Positions 1 to 12,600 of a stretch of 64,000 nt of DNA are shown in pieces. Made by a program: the position numbers and the translations under genes. The notes under the pieces were generated by a model that saw only the letters and a list, made by a program, of their open reading frames with translations, was not told where the DNA came from and ran no database searches. The stretch is from Naegleria gruberi (taxonomy: Eukaryota), in the NCBI GenBank assembly GCA_000004985.1, contig GG738889.1, one strand, 5' to 3'. The first letter of the stretch is position 1, and each line of letters starts with the position of its first letter.

Positions 1-3000
1 GAAAGAGAATTGTAATATTGGAAGTCATTGAGAGGAAATTGAGTAGAGGAGAGAGGATTAGTCTCATTGAAGAATTTGTTGATTACTTTGAACAAAATGG
101 AACGTGGGATTCAATTAAGGATGATGTTATTATTCTAGAAGCGGAGGAGAGAAGATTGAGTGGAGGATTATCTTTTCGAAGTTCTCTTGATGGATTACCA
201 GCAGGTGCTGGAGGAGGTGCTGCCACTGATGTAACTGGAGGAACACAAGCAACAGCAACCTCATCATCCTCTTCTTCAATGAGTACCTTCACAAAGATAC
301 AGACAGCAATTTCTAATATCGGAATTGCCTTACAAGAAAAGAGGAGAGTTAAGTCGAAAAAATCCTTCATCTTTTCGATAGTAATGAATATATGGATGAT
401 GTGGACAAGTATTTTCATGCCCTCGCTGGANNNNNNNNNNNNNNNNNNNNNNNNNNNNNNNNNNNNNNNNNNNNNNNNNNNNNNNNNNNNNNNNNNNNNN
501 NNNNNNNNNNNNNNNNNNNNNNNNNNNNNNNNNNNNNNNNNNNNNNNNNNNNNNNNNNNNNNNNNNNNNNNNNNNNNNNNNNNNNNNNNNNNNNNNNNNN
601 NNNNNNNNNNNNNNNNNNNNNNNNNNNNNNNNNNNNNNNNNNNNNNNNNNNNNNNNNNNNNNNNNNNNNNNNNNNNNNNNNNNNNNNNNNNNNNNNNNNN
701 NNNNNNNNNNNNNNNNNNNNNNNNNNNNNNNNNNNNNNNNNNNNNNNNTGGATATGCCATTCTGTTTACAAGTTTGATTGTTCCCTACTTGATGGCTGGC
801 TCTTTAGATTGCGACTCTAACAGTAATGTTATCATTGATGAGGTAGCTTATCAGGTTTTGAAAAGATTTCCCACACAGCCATGCTATCTCACTCCAAATG
901 TCATATTCTATGCTATTTTCATTGCATCGATACCATTGGCAGTGCTTACTGTTGCCATTTCAACCATGTTGGTGGCCAATCTCCATCCAATGAATACTTC
1001 ATGGTTTGCAATGCAACACAGTTTCTTTAAATTATCCTTTAATGTTGTGAATAGTACGAGTATATTCTTCCACTTTCTTATACCAGCTGAATTTGCGTAT
1101 GGAAGAGCTATTGTTCACATTGCTTTTGCTCTTTTGAACATTTACATTTTTTGGAAAATGATACCATACTTTAGAAGAATTGAAAATTCATTCTATTTTG
1201 GAGCTATTACTGGTCGATTGGGTTGTGCTGTTGGTGTTTTAATTTCCTCATTAGTTAATCCAACAGATTCCTCTGAATTGGGTCTTGAAATGATGGGAAT
1301 GACCTTGGGTATTATTCTTTTGTGCTATCTGGTTGGTTTTATTACTATGGAAGTTTACACTCGTTTGGTATTTAGATATGTTAGAGATGTTTTGGCAAGG
1401 AATTCAGAGAGGGAGAAGGAAGCTGTAATGATTTATCACATCTTTGAGGAGAAGGATAGATTGAGGTTTTTACAAATGTTTCTTCGATTTGCATTGAGAG
1501 GTAGTCATGATATTGCAGATTTGGCAACTTCATTTGTCAAGTCAGCTGCTGCCTCAAAATCATTCAATGATCCAGAGTTGTTAATTCTGGGAGCGATGCT
1601 TGCTGCCTATAGATGGGAAGACTATGGCTATTCTTATGCCCAAGTGTTGATTAGAAGAGCCAACAGAGCCAACATTCCATACGCGATTCGTTTCTATTTG
1701 GCCGAAAGATCAAGAGAATTGGAAATTGACCAAACTAAGGATATCAATTCTGGACACAACTTTGTAGAAATCAAACATATTGTTGAGAAGGTTGAAAAAA
1801 AGACAGAAGAGCTCAGATCTCTACACAAACATTTTTGGAAGGAGTTAATTAATGAAGTTCCTAATATGGGCAAGCTGGATCAAGTTAATAGAAGAATGAC
1901 CTCGCTTTCGAGTGATATAGAGACTACCTATTCTAATTTAATGACAAATTACTCAAGGGAGAGACAAGTGCTCAGAGGATACGCCACCTTTCTTGAAAAC
2001 TTCAAATTCGATAAGGATCTAGCTCACGAGCTTGTACAGGAAGTTGCCAAAATTGAAGAGGAGGAATCAATAAGAGTTAAGAGAAAATCCTCTGGTTTGC
2101 ACATTCCCTATAACAGTAAGAGAAAGTTTGAGTCGTACAGCATTAGAAAATCCATTGAAGAACGTCCTATACAACCACAAGCAGATCAAGTTGATGATTC
2201 ATTTTCTGGAGTGGAAACTCAACGTGATGTTTCTAAAAAAGAATCCTTATTCAGAAATGCAATTAGAAATGGTGGAAATTCCAAAGTAATACTTTCTTCA
2301 CTTGTAATATTTGGATTTTTCACACTTACATTTTTCCTCTATTACTTGATTTTTGGTGTATATATTAGTATGAACGCTGGTGAGCATGTTAGTAGTGCTT
2401 ATTATATGTGTAAACCATCAACATCAACCATTGGTTTGCTGAGAGAAATAAGAATGAAACAAAATCTTAATCAGGTGATGACACTATTTCCAGAAGCAAT
2501 AACAATTTCCCCAATTATGGTAAATATTTCATTAGAAGAACACAAGACAAGACTCAGTGAATATGATTCCTTTTTCAAACAAATTACAAAAGAAGCACAA
2601 CAAAATAGATTTACGAGAGAGCTCTACGAGATATTTACCAAACCAGATATTACTATTTTCGTTCCATCTGTTCCAAAAAATAGTGGAACTTTGGATTTTA
2701 CCACAACAGATCAGAAAAATGTTAGTGTATTCGAATTAATTAATATTATTTCTGAATCAGCTACATATTTCAAAAATTGGAAAGGTGCAGATTACAACAA
2801 CACAATCCAATCGTTTGAGTTTATGTACGTTTGGGATAACAAGTTGATTGCCAGAAATTCTTTTGTAAAATTTTGTGAATCTGCCATTGCTGCCAATTCA
2901 GATGAAACAAACCAATTTTCCTTTATATTGAATGTTTCTTATGGTGCTACTGCTGGTGGTTACTTGATCATTTCTATTATCTATTTGATTGTGACAAGAT

Positions 3001-5305
3001 ATCAAATGGCAGAAGTTCCCCATGTTTTGAACATTTTCAAAAATAACCTTTCGAAAAATGTTGTGGGAAAGATCTATCATGAGATGAATGAGAAGAATGA
3101 CGATGATGCCACAACTCACCTTCCAAAAACTTCATTGACCAGACCTAATAATTTATTCTTTCTTTATGGAGTTTTGGTTATAGTATCATTGATACTTGTT
3201 GGTGGTCTTATTCTCATTGAATCGAATGTTAATTGTACTGATTCCATTCAAACTTCACTAAATATCAAACATGGAACATCTGTTCTCAGAGTTATTCACA
3301 GAGCAAGTTTCAGAGTTGGAGAATATTTTGCTTATTTTGGTCTACCAAAAACCCATCTCAACAGTGATTACATGACCACCACAGCAGAGCTTGATGGATT
3401 TTTAACAGATATCAAATCCCTGATGGCTCAATTGTTTACTGATTGGACAGCTTTAGTTTACGGTTCTGGTGGATCTGATGTTAGTGTTGGTAAATATTCA
3501 ACAATTGACAGATTAATTCAAGGAGTATCTTCTTGCAGTGATAATTCCACAATGGATGATACAGAATTAGTGGATTTGTGGAAAAACTGTTATGGATTGG
3601 AAAGAATGATTTCAACCTTTACTACTGACGTTTCCAAACTAAACGAACAGGTATACAATCAAAATTATGTGAAGAATTTTGCAAATTTCTTAAATGGATT
3701 TTTGGATATCTTTGTTCAGACAAATATTCTTTCAGACCACTTGATCAAATTCTTGGATTTATTTGTAGAAAATTCATCTTCACCTAATTTTGAGATTACT
3801 GGTGTATTTGGTGCATTGTTTTGCTTGGTTTGCATCTTTTTGTTCTATTCAATGTTTAATACATTGCAAAATAATCATGCTCAATTGATGTGTTTGAGAA
3901 ATATGTTAAATTATGTTCCAGTTGATGCCTTGGATTCGAATGAAGTGGTTAGAAACTTTATTCTTTACAATGCCATTCCAAGTCCATTCTCCAAGGTCTT
4001 TAAGAGTAAGACCGAGAATCCAACTGATGAAAACTCAAAGGTGAGAAGTGTTTTGAATTCTTCTGTTGAGGGAGCCTTCATTGCAGATGAAAATGGTTTT
4101 GTAGAGCTGATTAATCCAGCAGCTCAAAATATTTTCGGATTCCAACAACAATCTGATGTGGTTGGTACTCCTTTCATTAACATATTCGATACTAAGGATC
4201 ATGAACACATCAAAAAGATTATTCAAACCATGAAGGATAGTATGAAATTGTCAAATCACAAAAATGGAGAAGTTGCTGAGGTGGATTGTGTAAGAAAGAA
4301 TGGAACACAATTCCCAGCTATGGTTAATATGTTTATTGTTATTTTTGATAATTCACCTAACTTGGTTTGTTTCTTGAAAGATGTCACATCAGAAAAGAAG
4401 CATAATGCTATAATTGCAGAAGAGAAGGCAAAATCTGATAGATTATTGAGAAATATTCTACCAGAGTCTGTTGCTGCTCGTTTGAAATCGGGTGATACTT
4501 TTATTGCTGAAAAGTTTGCAGATATTACTTGTTTCTTTAGTGATATGTAAGTATTCAAGTATCAATTTTTATTCGAATGATTTTTAATTATTTTCATAGG
4601 GTTGGATTTACAAATCTATCATCAGGATTGAATCCAAATGAATTGGTAGGCATGTTGAATACAATTGTTAATGGATTTGATGCCTTGACTGATAAATATC
4701 AATTGGAAAAGATTAAGACTATTGGAGATGCCTATTTCGTAAGTAATTTCAATCTCTTCTCATAATTTCTAACACAATATATTTCTATCATAGGCTGTTG
4801 GTGGTATTGGAAATACTCAATCAGATCACCCTGAGAGAACTCTTAGATTTGCAATTTCAACCTTTGATGTGATTAAGGATTTCAATATGAAAAATCCAAA
4901 TACTCAAATTAATATCAGATGTGGAATCAATACTGGTGGTTGTGTTGCTGGTGTAATTGGTACGAAGAAGTTTGCATATGATTTGTGGGGTGTAAGTTGT
5001 CAATTTATTTTACTTTTATTTGAATGATTCAGGATACTATTAATGTTGCTTCAAGAATGGAATCAAATTCAAAACCAGGCCGTATTCAAATATCACGATC
5101 TACTTTTGAAAGAGTTCATGATTTGAAATTTGATTTTGAAGAAAGAAGATTGGATATTAAAGGAAAAGGCCTTTGTGCTTGCTATTTGCTTCACCAAAAA
5201 CATCACGAGAATCCAATAATTGAAAAGAAAGTAGAGGACCCATCCCCTCACATGTCTAGTTCAGTTTCTGCAACTACGATTGCCAGTACAAATGGAACCA
5301 ATTAA
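1..5305 (+). CDS. Multi-pass membrane PAS-domain class III nucleotidyl (predicted adenylyl) cyclase, paralog 1. It has 4 exons: up to 18..4546, 4600..4738, 4794..4991 and 5033..5305. The 5' end may lie upstream of the window.
   Basis: A long ORF runs from 18 to 4546. It contains an N-terminal cluster of hydrophobic helices, further TM segments in the middle, and a PAS-like fold (SVLNSSVEGAFIADENGFVELINPAAQNIFGF...). It then has the cyclase signalling helix and catalytic motifs: LPESVAARLKSGDTFIAEKFADITCFFSDM|VGFT, KIKTIGDAYF|AVGG, DLWG|DTINVASRMES. Three introns of 53, 55 and 41 nt (4547..4599, 4739..4793, 4992..5032) have GTAAGT donors and TAG/CAG acceptors and restore the frame exactly. The stop is TAA at 5303..5305. 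The ORF crosses the N-gap 431..748, so the frame there is unverified. There is no in-frame stop upstream within the window. Confidence 0.85.
431..748. other. Assembly gap of 318 N inside the cyclase-1 coding region.
   Basis: A literal run of n. Its length is a multiple of 3, so the ORF track reads through it as X. Confidence 0.99.
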
Positions 5306-5310
5306 ATTAT

Positions 5311-6582
5311 TTACTGGTCTGTCAATTTTTGGATTGCTTGTTTGAGCTCTTTGATTTCGGCATTATTTTCGTTTGTCTTGTTAATCAGAGTCTTGATGGT
5401 TTGCATCAAAGACATTACCAGTTCTTGTTGTTGGCTTAACTGAAATTCTAAAAACTTATTCTCCTGTTTACATTGTTCAATATCTTCTCTCTGCTGTTCA
5501 ATCATGGAAATGAGTGTCAAGTGATCTTCCACTTCTTCTGTTGTGTTGTAATTTCTTGGTTGTTGCTGATTGTATTGTACACTATTTTGTCTTTCTGTGG
5601 TATTAAAAACCGATTCACTCTTATTTACACTATTTGACGAGGAAGAAGGTAAGCCTATCATTAATTCCTCTTGACCTATTTCTTCTAATAGATTTTCCAA
5701 AGCAATTTGGATTCCTCTGGTTGTTCTATAGATGGAGTAGTTCATTATCCTTTCAACATATTTCCTGATATTTTGTTGGTTATTTTCATTGGAACCTGTT
5801 TCTTGTGGCTCAGAAAATAAATAACACTGTTTCGAATCATCCACACTCATTGCATAAGATTTAATCAATTCGAAACATATTTGTGCAGCCAAATCAATAA
5901 GAGCCGAATCTTCACCATCATATTTTTCCAATAATTCCACAAGCCATTCCTTTCTGTACCTATAAATCAATCGCCACTGATCTAAATCTCTTGTCAGATT
6001 TGAACACTCGACCAGAATATCTTCACACAAAGTTAAATCCACAATACTCGAATCAAACGAATGTCTATTTCTTGCAATAATATCAAACAATTGATAAGGT
6101 TTTTGAATTCCAATCAAATACTGTCCATAACAATTCAAAACAGAACCTATCGTTACCTCCTTCAAAATATTAAAAGCAAATAACCAATCCACAATATTGT
6201 AAAAATCCTCATTCTCCTCCGAAGAAGATGCAGAACATTCACTCTTACTTGCTAAAGGTAACAAGTATTGCAAGTAGAGTGCATAATTTTCCAAATTTAC
6301 ATCATTCATAAAACAAGATTCATCATCATCAGCATCTCGTACAATAACACTCTTCAATAATTTCATTCCGAGATTATAAATTTGCTCAACGCTATTTTCC
6401 GAGTCATTATTGTCTTGTTGTTTAATTAAATTGGAAAATTCATTAGAAAATTGATTCCACAACAAATTGGCCAATGCATAATCTTCAGATTCAATAGCTA
6501 ATTTAATTTGATTTTCTAATGAATTTTCAACCGATTGTATTTCTTCTTGTGATGGTGGTTGAATAAGTTCAACTAAAGCCAT
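5311..6582 (-). CDS. Hypothetical protein of 423 aa with an acidic N-terminal half and a C-terminal coiled coil. It is a single exon.
   Basis: The ORF is uninterrupted, with ATG at 6582..6580 and TAA at 5313..5311. The C-terminus is heptad-like (...EQCKQENKFLEFQLSQQQELVMSLMQTIKTLINKTNENNAEIKELKQAIQKLTDQ). I recognised no known domain. Confidence 0.6.
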   Translation of the reverse strand: MALVELIQPPSQEEIQSVENSLENQIKLAIESEDYALANLLWNQFSNEFSNLIKQQDNNDSENSVEQIYNLGMKLLKSVIVRDADDDESCFMNDVNLENYALYLQYLLPLASKSECSASSSEENEDFYNIVDWLFAFNILKEVTIGSVLNCYGQYLIGIQKPYQLFDIIARNRHSFDSSIVDLTLCEDILVECSNLTRDLDQWRLIYRYRKEWLVELLEKYDGEDSALIDLAAQICFELIKSYAMSVDDSKQCYLFSEPQETGSNENNQQNIRKYVERIMNYSIYRTTRGIQIALENLLEEIGQEELMIGLPSSSSNSVNKSESVFNTTERQNSVQYNQQQPRNYNTTEEVEDHLTLISMIEQQREDIEQCKQENKFLEFQLSQQQELVMSLMQTIKTLINKTNENNAEIKELKQAIQKLTDQ

Positions 6583-6618
6583 TTTTTAATTATTATTATT
6601 TATTGAGTAAGCAACAGT

Positions 6619-8069
6619 TTACAACTTGTTCAAGATCTTATCAGCAGCCTTTTGCAAACGGTTAGTCTTGAGGTCTCTCTTTTCCAGCAATTCTCTCTTT
6701 CCTTGCATCTTCATCTTGGCTCTATCTCTACAACAGCAGCAGAAGATACAGAAACCAAGGATACAAGCAAAGACGGCACAAACAACAATGACAAGAATGG
6801 AAACACCAACAGCAATATAAATACCATTTTCAGCAATAACAGTCAAAAGATAGAATGGATCAACACTACACTTTCCAGAATCAGATTCAGCATATGGATT
6901 GTAAACGTAGGCCTTTGGATTTGTACAACCAGTAGCACATTCTTCACCAGTACAGGCGATTCTAGATCTCAAAGTGGCAACATCAGAAGCTGCAGGTGGT
7001 TCGAAAGAAACAGTCTTAAGACTTGGCTAATTTAAAATTAATTGAAAAGTTCAAATCAAAACAACTTACCAAATAGAATGGAACTGGAGTACCAAGTTGA
7101 ACGCTCTTGGCAATGTTGGCCTTCAAAGGATCCTTTGGAATAACATATTGTTCAGTATTTTGGACAACTGGAGCAACAAAGTCCAAAACCTTACTTCTAA
7201 TTTCAGACATGGCAGTTTCAATTGAACGAGCCCCAGATGGACACCAAGCTGGATAAGCAGTAGTGTCAGTACATGTTGAACTTCCTCCAAAGTTATCGAA
7301 TTTGAAACCATCTTCAGAGTAGAATCTACTACAAGTGTACTTGTAACTAGAAGCATCACTGCTACAATCGCAAGTTGAAAGGAGGGTTTGACAGTGGTCA
7401 ATATTCATAAAGTGTTCAGAACAGGATCCGAGCTTAGTGAAAAGATCTGGCAACTTTGGAACAATACATGTAAGCAAACTATAATTTTCAATTGAGAGAG
7501 TCTTTGTTTGACATGATTTTCCGTAACTATCAATAACACACAAGCCAGAGTTTGCACAACAAAAGCCACTACATGACTTTCCAATTTCAGCAAGATAGGA
7601 CAAGTAATTATTAGCAACACAACTAATATAACCATTCTTTGGGAAAGCATTTGCACAATAAGAATACTTCAACTTTTCAATACAGGATGGACAACTTGTA
7701 ACACCCTTTCCAAGCAAATAGGCTTGCATACTGTTGAAGGAATCTATACAGATCATTATATTCATCACATCATCATATTGAAAACCTACCTTCAAGGAAC
7801 TTATCCATATATTCAGCATAGGTAGAGTATGTTCCGTTTCCTGTAACGATTGGTTTTGAGAAGAAAGCCTTATCGGTATATCTTCCGTTCATCATTGAAC
7901 AGAAAGTAAGATTTGAAATTATTGTTTCTCCACAATGCAATTGATCACCCATACTAGCAACCAAATTTTTACATTGACCCTTAACGAGTGGTATATTATT
8001 AATCAAGGCTAATAAAACAATAACCGCAACAGCGAAAATTTTCAATGCCCTCATTGGAATTTGATTCAT
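6619..8069 (-). CDS. Cys-rich type I membrane glycoprotein of about 453 aa. It has 3 exons: 8069..7790, 7743..7070 and 7026..6619.
   Basis: It has a signal peptide (MNQIPMRALKIFAVAVIVLLALINNIPLVKG) and an ectodomain with about 40 Cys. A single TM helix (IYIAVGVSILVIVVCAVFACILGFCIF) is followed by a CCCC juxtamembrane motif and a short basic tail. The introns are 46 nt (7744..7789, GTAGGT...TAG) and 43 nt (7027..7069, GTAAGT...TAG), with phases that restore the frame. Confidence 0.7.
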
Positions 8070-8367
8070 TTTTTTAAGGTTCCTTTTTGAATTTTATAAA
8101 AAATAAAAAGTTCTTTCCCGCCTTAATAATGAACCACCCTCGCTCTATTTTGCTTCATCTCTTCTTAGATGGAAGGTTTTCCGAATAGGAACTCAATAAG
8201 AAGAAGAGAATGATTTGTATTTGATATTACTATTATATTTAAAATGATTATAATTACAATTTGCAAAATCTTACTTTTCCTTCTTGCTTCCAAGATGTTA
8301 AGATTCTAAAGATCAATTTGATGGTGATGCTAATCAAAATAATGAAATTTGAATATTATTATTCTTA

Positions 8368-9423
8368 TTACTTCTTCTTATTCAAATAGAATAAGGCACT
8401 TCCTACAGCTGGATCCACTCTTGGTTTTTCAATAATTTGAATCAAGTCTCCAAAACTCTCCTTCAATTTCTCAATTAATCCCTCAGCAACAATTGAATTT
8501 TCATGAGTGAGAATACTTCCACAGAATACCAATGAAAACTTTTCCGATCCATTTGTGAAATTCAATTTAGTTGCAGTGGTTTTCACTAAATGAAACAAAT
8601 CATTGACCATTTGTTGAATAATCTTCTTTGAGACAGCATCATCAGATTCACTAATGGCCTTGAAAGCAAGTGGTGCAAATTGAGCAATTCTACTCCATTC
8701 TGTATTCTTGTAAATATATGGAATTAAATTACTCAAATTCTTTCCATCATATGCATCTCCTAAATGAATTTTCAATTCATCCTTAACCAATTGAGTAAGA
8801 ACAGTTTGTTCTCCATATTCATCCTCACAATCAACTGCACTTAACAAGACTTGAGAGCCAAGCCAGAATCCACTTCCTCTATCACCCAACAATGGTCCCC
8901 ATCCTCCAGTTCTCTTATAATTTTGACCATCATCATTGGTTCCGAGACAAATCGATCCAGTACCTGCAATCAAACATATCACATGATGCAAACTACCCAA
9001 TGTTCCACTACAGATAGCAGCTACAGCATCATTGAATATGTGAATTTCAGGATATTTGTTGTTATTTTCTTCGCAATTTGATGATGATGATGATAAAGGA
9101 ATGTTAAATAATTCACAAATCCATGATCTCACTTCAGCAATATCATCTGGACGATCTACACCACTCAATCCCAAACAGACAGCAGAAACTCTTTCCAATT
9201 GTTGTTCTTGTGCTTCAGATGAACAACACTCTGCCAATACTTGTCTAATACCATCAAGAATGACTTGTTTAGCTTTATCAGCTCCAACACTATTCTTATT
9301 GGAAGATGGACAGTGAGCTGTTGAGAGGATGGCTTGTGTGGAATTGTCGAGAGCTACGATGGTGGTGCCTGTTGATCCGCCATCAATGCCAATGGTGATG
9401 TTTCTTGTTGTTGATGATGACAT
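8368..9423 (-). CDS. N-acetylglucosamine kinase-like sugar kinase of the BadF/BadG/BcrA/BcrD (ASKHA) ATPase family, 351 aa, single exon.
   Basis: The ORF starts with the phosphate-1 motif ITIGIDGGSTGTT, shows an ASKHA-fold motif pattern (GGWGPLLGDRGSG) and ends in TAA. The family call rests on recognising the motifs, not on a database search. Confidence 0.65.
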   Translation of the reverse strand: MSSSTTRNITIGIDGGSTGTTIVALDNSTQAILSTAHCPSSNKNSVGADKAKQVILDGIRQVLAECCSSEAQEQQLERVSAVCLGLSGVDRPDDIAEVRSWICELFNIPLSSSSSNCEENNNKYPEIHIFNDAVAAICSGTLGSLHHVICLIAGTGSICLGTNDDGQNYKRTGGWGPLLGDRGSGFWLGSQVLLSAVDCEDEYGEQTVLTQLVKDELKIHLGDAYDGKNLSNLIPYIYKNTEWSRIAQFAPLAFKAISESDDAVSKKIIQQMVNDLFHLVKTTATKLNFTNGSEKFSLVFCGSILTHENSIVAEGLIEKLKESFGDLIQIIEKPRVDPAVGSALFYLNKKK

Positions 9424-9493
9424 TTTTTTATTGTTTGCTTTCGGAGATTCGGATTAAAACTTTAGGTTGACTGTGTGAAAGATTTTTAATAAG

Positions 9494-9640
9494 TGATTGT
9501 TTGAAGAAGCAAATTCTATTCTTCAATATTTCTCAAATGTTATTTTCCATTCAATGAATTTCTTTTCATTTCTCTTGATTTTCCTTCCAACTAATGGGAC
9601 GATTGTTATTGAAGAAGCAAATCCCATTCTTCAACCTTTT
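9494..9640. repeat. Imperfect direct repeat of about 38 nt: copy A at 9494..9533 in the 3' UTR and copy B at 9600..9640 covering the last codons and stop of the kinase.
   Basis: The two copies are gattgtttgaagaagcaaattctattcttcaa and gattgttattgaagaagcaaatcccattcttcaa, about 85% identical and about 105 nt apart. Confidence 0.6.
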
Positions 9641-12600
9641 TCAATATCACATCAATAGAAGGTCGTTTACCTGGCTCATGACTCCACATCTGGCGAATCA
9701 CTTTTGTCATTTCAAAAATCAATTCATGGTGAATTACTTGTTCCTTATCAAGAAATTCCTCACACCATTTCTTACACTCTTCACAAGTTGAGAATGGAAT
9801 GATTGGCCTCAAATTCTCCTCACAAACACTCTTATGGAAGTGATACGAACTACTAAATGGTGTTGGTTTGGTGATTTTCAACTTTTTGAGAACGTTTGGA
9901 TCTGAGCTATGGTAAGGTTCAATAATTTCGAATAATAATTGCCACATAATGATGGCCAAACTGTAGATATCAATAGAACGGGCGTCCTCTCTCTCAATTT
10001 CACCAGAGAAAAGCTCCGGAGCCATAAATGAGCTGGTTCCAATCTGACTGGTAATTGCTGAAATTGTGTGAGAACAAAAAGCTCGTCCTAATCCAAAATC
10101 ACACAGTTTGGCAGTTCCACTTTTATCGAGAAGGATATTGGCTGGTTTCAAATCTCTATTCCACAAATGAAAGATTATTTTAGGTGAAATTTAGTATTAA
10201 TACATACCTGTGGACAATGAAATTCGGTTCCAAATGATGCAAATAATAAATTCCACTCACAATGTTCCTCAATATTGCCAATTTTTCATTGAGAGTGCAT
10301 TTGGAATAGCCACGTTGCATGGATGCAATCATTGCCTCTAAACTCTTATCCATGCACTCCATGGCAATGAATCTCTTTGTTGGTGTCGATGAAACACCAT
10401 AGAAATTGATAATATTTGGATGCCTTAATTTGCTTAATAAAATTGCTTCCACTTTGAAATCATTTTCTGAAATACTCAAATTATTCAAATCGAATACCTT
10501 GACTGCAATTGTCATTCCATTGAATTTGGTTGCAAAAACAGAACCCATTCCACCTTCTCCGAGTCTCTTGATTGGTTTGTCCATATTGAGTTGTTCTATT
10601 GGAATGATGAATTTATCTGCCTCTTCCACATAGTAAGAACTAGATCCCATACTTGATTCATAATGGTCCAACAATCTTTCATCTAAAACCAGATCAGTTT
10701 CAGTCAGTTTCTTATTCTTTCGTTTTACAGAAATATACGAAATAAAGATAATGAAACAAATGGCAGTAACGATGAGTAAAACAATGGCAGATGAGAGTCC
10801 CAATCCGAGGGCAATCGTGTTGATACTACAATCCTTTCCAAAGTAGGAAGATTGACAAAGACACTCATCCTGTTTTACACATGTTCCATGTCCTGAGCAA
10901 GCACTTGATCCTGATTGACCAAAACAAATAGCAACCCCACAATCTTTTCCTGTATATCCACTATTACAAACACAATTATCTGGTGCTGTACAAGATCCAT
11001 TTCCATGTGAGCAAACTTCCACAGATGTCTTTGGATAATTAAAGCAAATTGGTAATTGACAGTTATTGCCAAAAAAACCTTGATTGCAAGAACATTGATT
11101 AATATCGAAACAATTTCCGTTTCCACTACACACTGATTCTGAAATATTTGCTGGTATTCCAAAACATATTGGAATACACATTGTCAAATCTCTACTCAAA
11201 AGGTAACCCTCTCTACAAAATGGTGTCAGTTGTCTCACGACATTTTGAGTAGAATCTGATAAGTAAATCGATCCAGAACTAGGGGAAATTGTAAATCCTT
11301 GTGGAGATGCCAAATAATCACTCGTTGCCAAAATTTCATTCAAATCCAATTCTTTCACAGTTGAATTTCCAGCAATTGTGTAAACTAGATTAATTCCATT
11401 TCGTCTACTTATTTTCCTAATCATTGCATTCAGTGAATCAATGAAAATAATATCCACAAAATCAGGAGGTACCAATTTCACTATAGTTGGATAATTAAGC
11501 TCTGCCTGTTCAGCAATTCCATCTATGTATCCAGGATTTCCACTGCCTGCAATGGTGGAAATTGATCCATTCACATGAATCATTCTAATTCTATTATTAT
11601 TCGAATCGGCGAATATAATTTCATTATCCAAATTGATGGCAATTCCGGTTGGCTGAGCCAAAAGTGCAGACTTAGCATCATTTGAATCTCCATTAAAACC
11701 ATATCCCTTTCCTGCAATTGTTGAAATTATTCCATTTCTATCAATCTTTCTAATCTTGTTATTTCCAAAATCGGTCACATAAATTTCTCCATTGAGAGGA
11801 GAAACAGAAACCGCATAAGGTTTAATTGAAGCATAGGATGCCAATCCCTTATCACCTATTCCACCAACTATAGTCTTGACGATACCAGTTTTAAAATTGT
11901 AAAGTTTCACCAAATTACTGTAAGTATCAGCAATTGCCAGATATTGAGTTCCACCACTTGGTAACTGGAGATATCTGACGCTTGAAGGATAGCTGAGCTT
12001 GGATTTGATTCCCAATCCCTCCTCAAATTCTCCACCTCCAATCAATGTATCAGCAATTCCAGTAGAAATCGAGACAGTCCTAATCCTATTATTATTAGTA
12101 TCAGCTATAAACATGGTATTCTGTGAAATGGTTATACTTTTAGGGAGATAGAGTTCCATATTTCTAACAAATCCACCGTCACCTCCATTACCAATTTCAC
12201 CTGTGCCTGCATAGGTATCTGTAACACCATTAATAGTGGCATATCGAATTCTGTGATTACCCGTATCGGCAATGCAAATCATTTGGCTATCTACCACGAC
12301 AACATCCTCAGGAAAGCTCAATTGAGTTTCAGTTGATAAAATATTATCACCATTGAATCCTTCATGTCCAGAACCAGCAACTGTCTTTACCATTTGAGAT
12401 GTACTACTGCCCAAGTAAATTGATCTAATTCTATGATTTCTAGAGTCGGCAACCAGTAAAACTTTATCAGCAGAGTCAATATGAATTCCTTTTGGCTATA
12501 GAGTTTGTAAATATTGCAAATTATCAAAAATTTCAAACTTACACTATTAAATGTTGTGTTCAACAGTGTGTTATCTCCATTAAAACCCTTCACTGTTGGT

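Noticed and set aside
83-820. ORFs 83..760 (minus) and 392..820 (plus) consisting mostly of X residues.
   Set aside because: They exist only because the 318-N gap translates as X. They have no sequence support.
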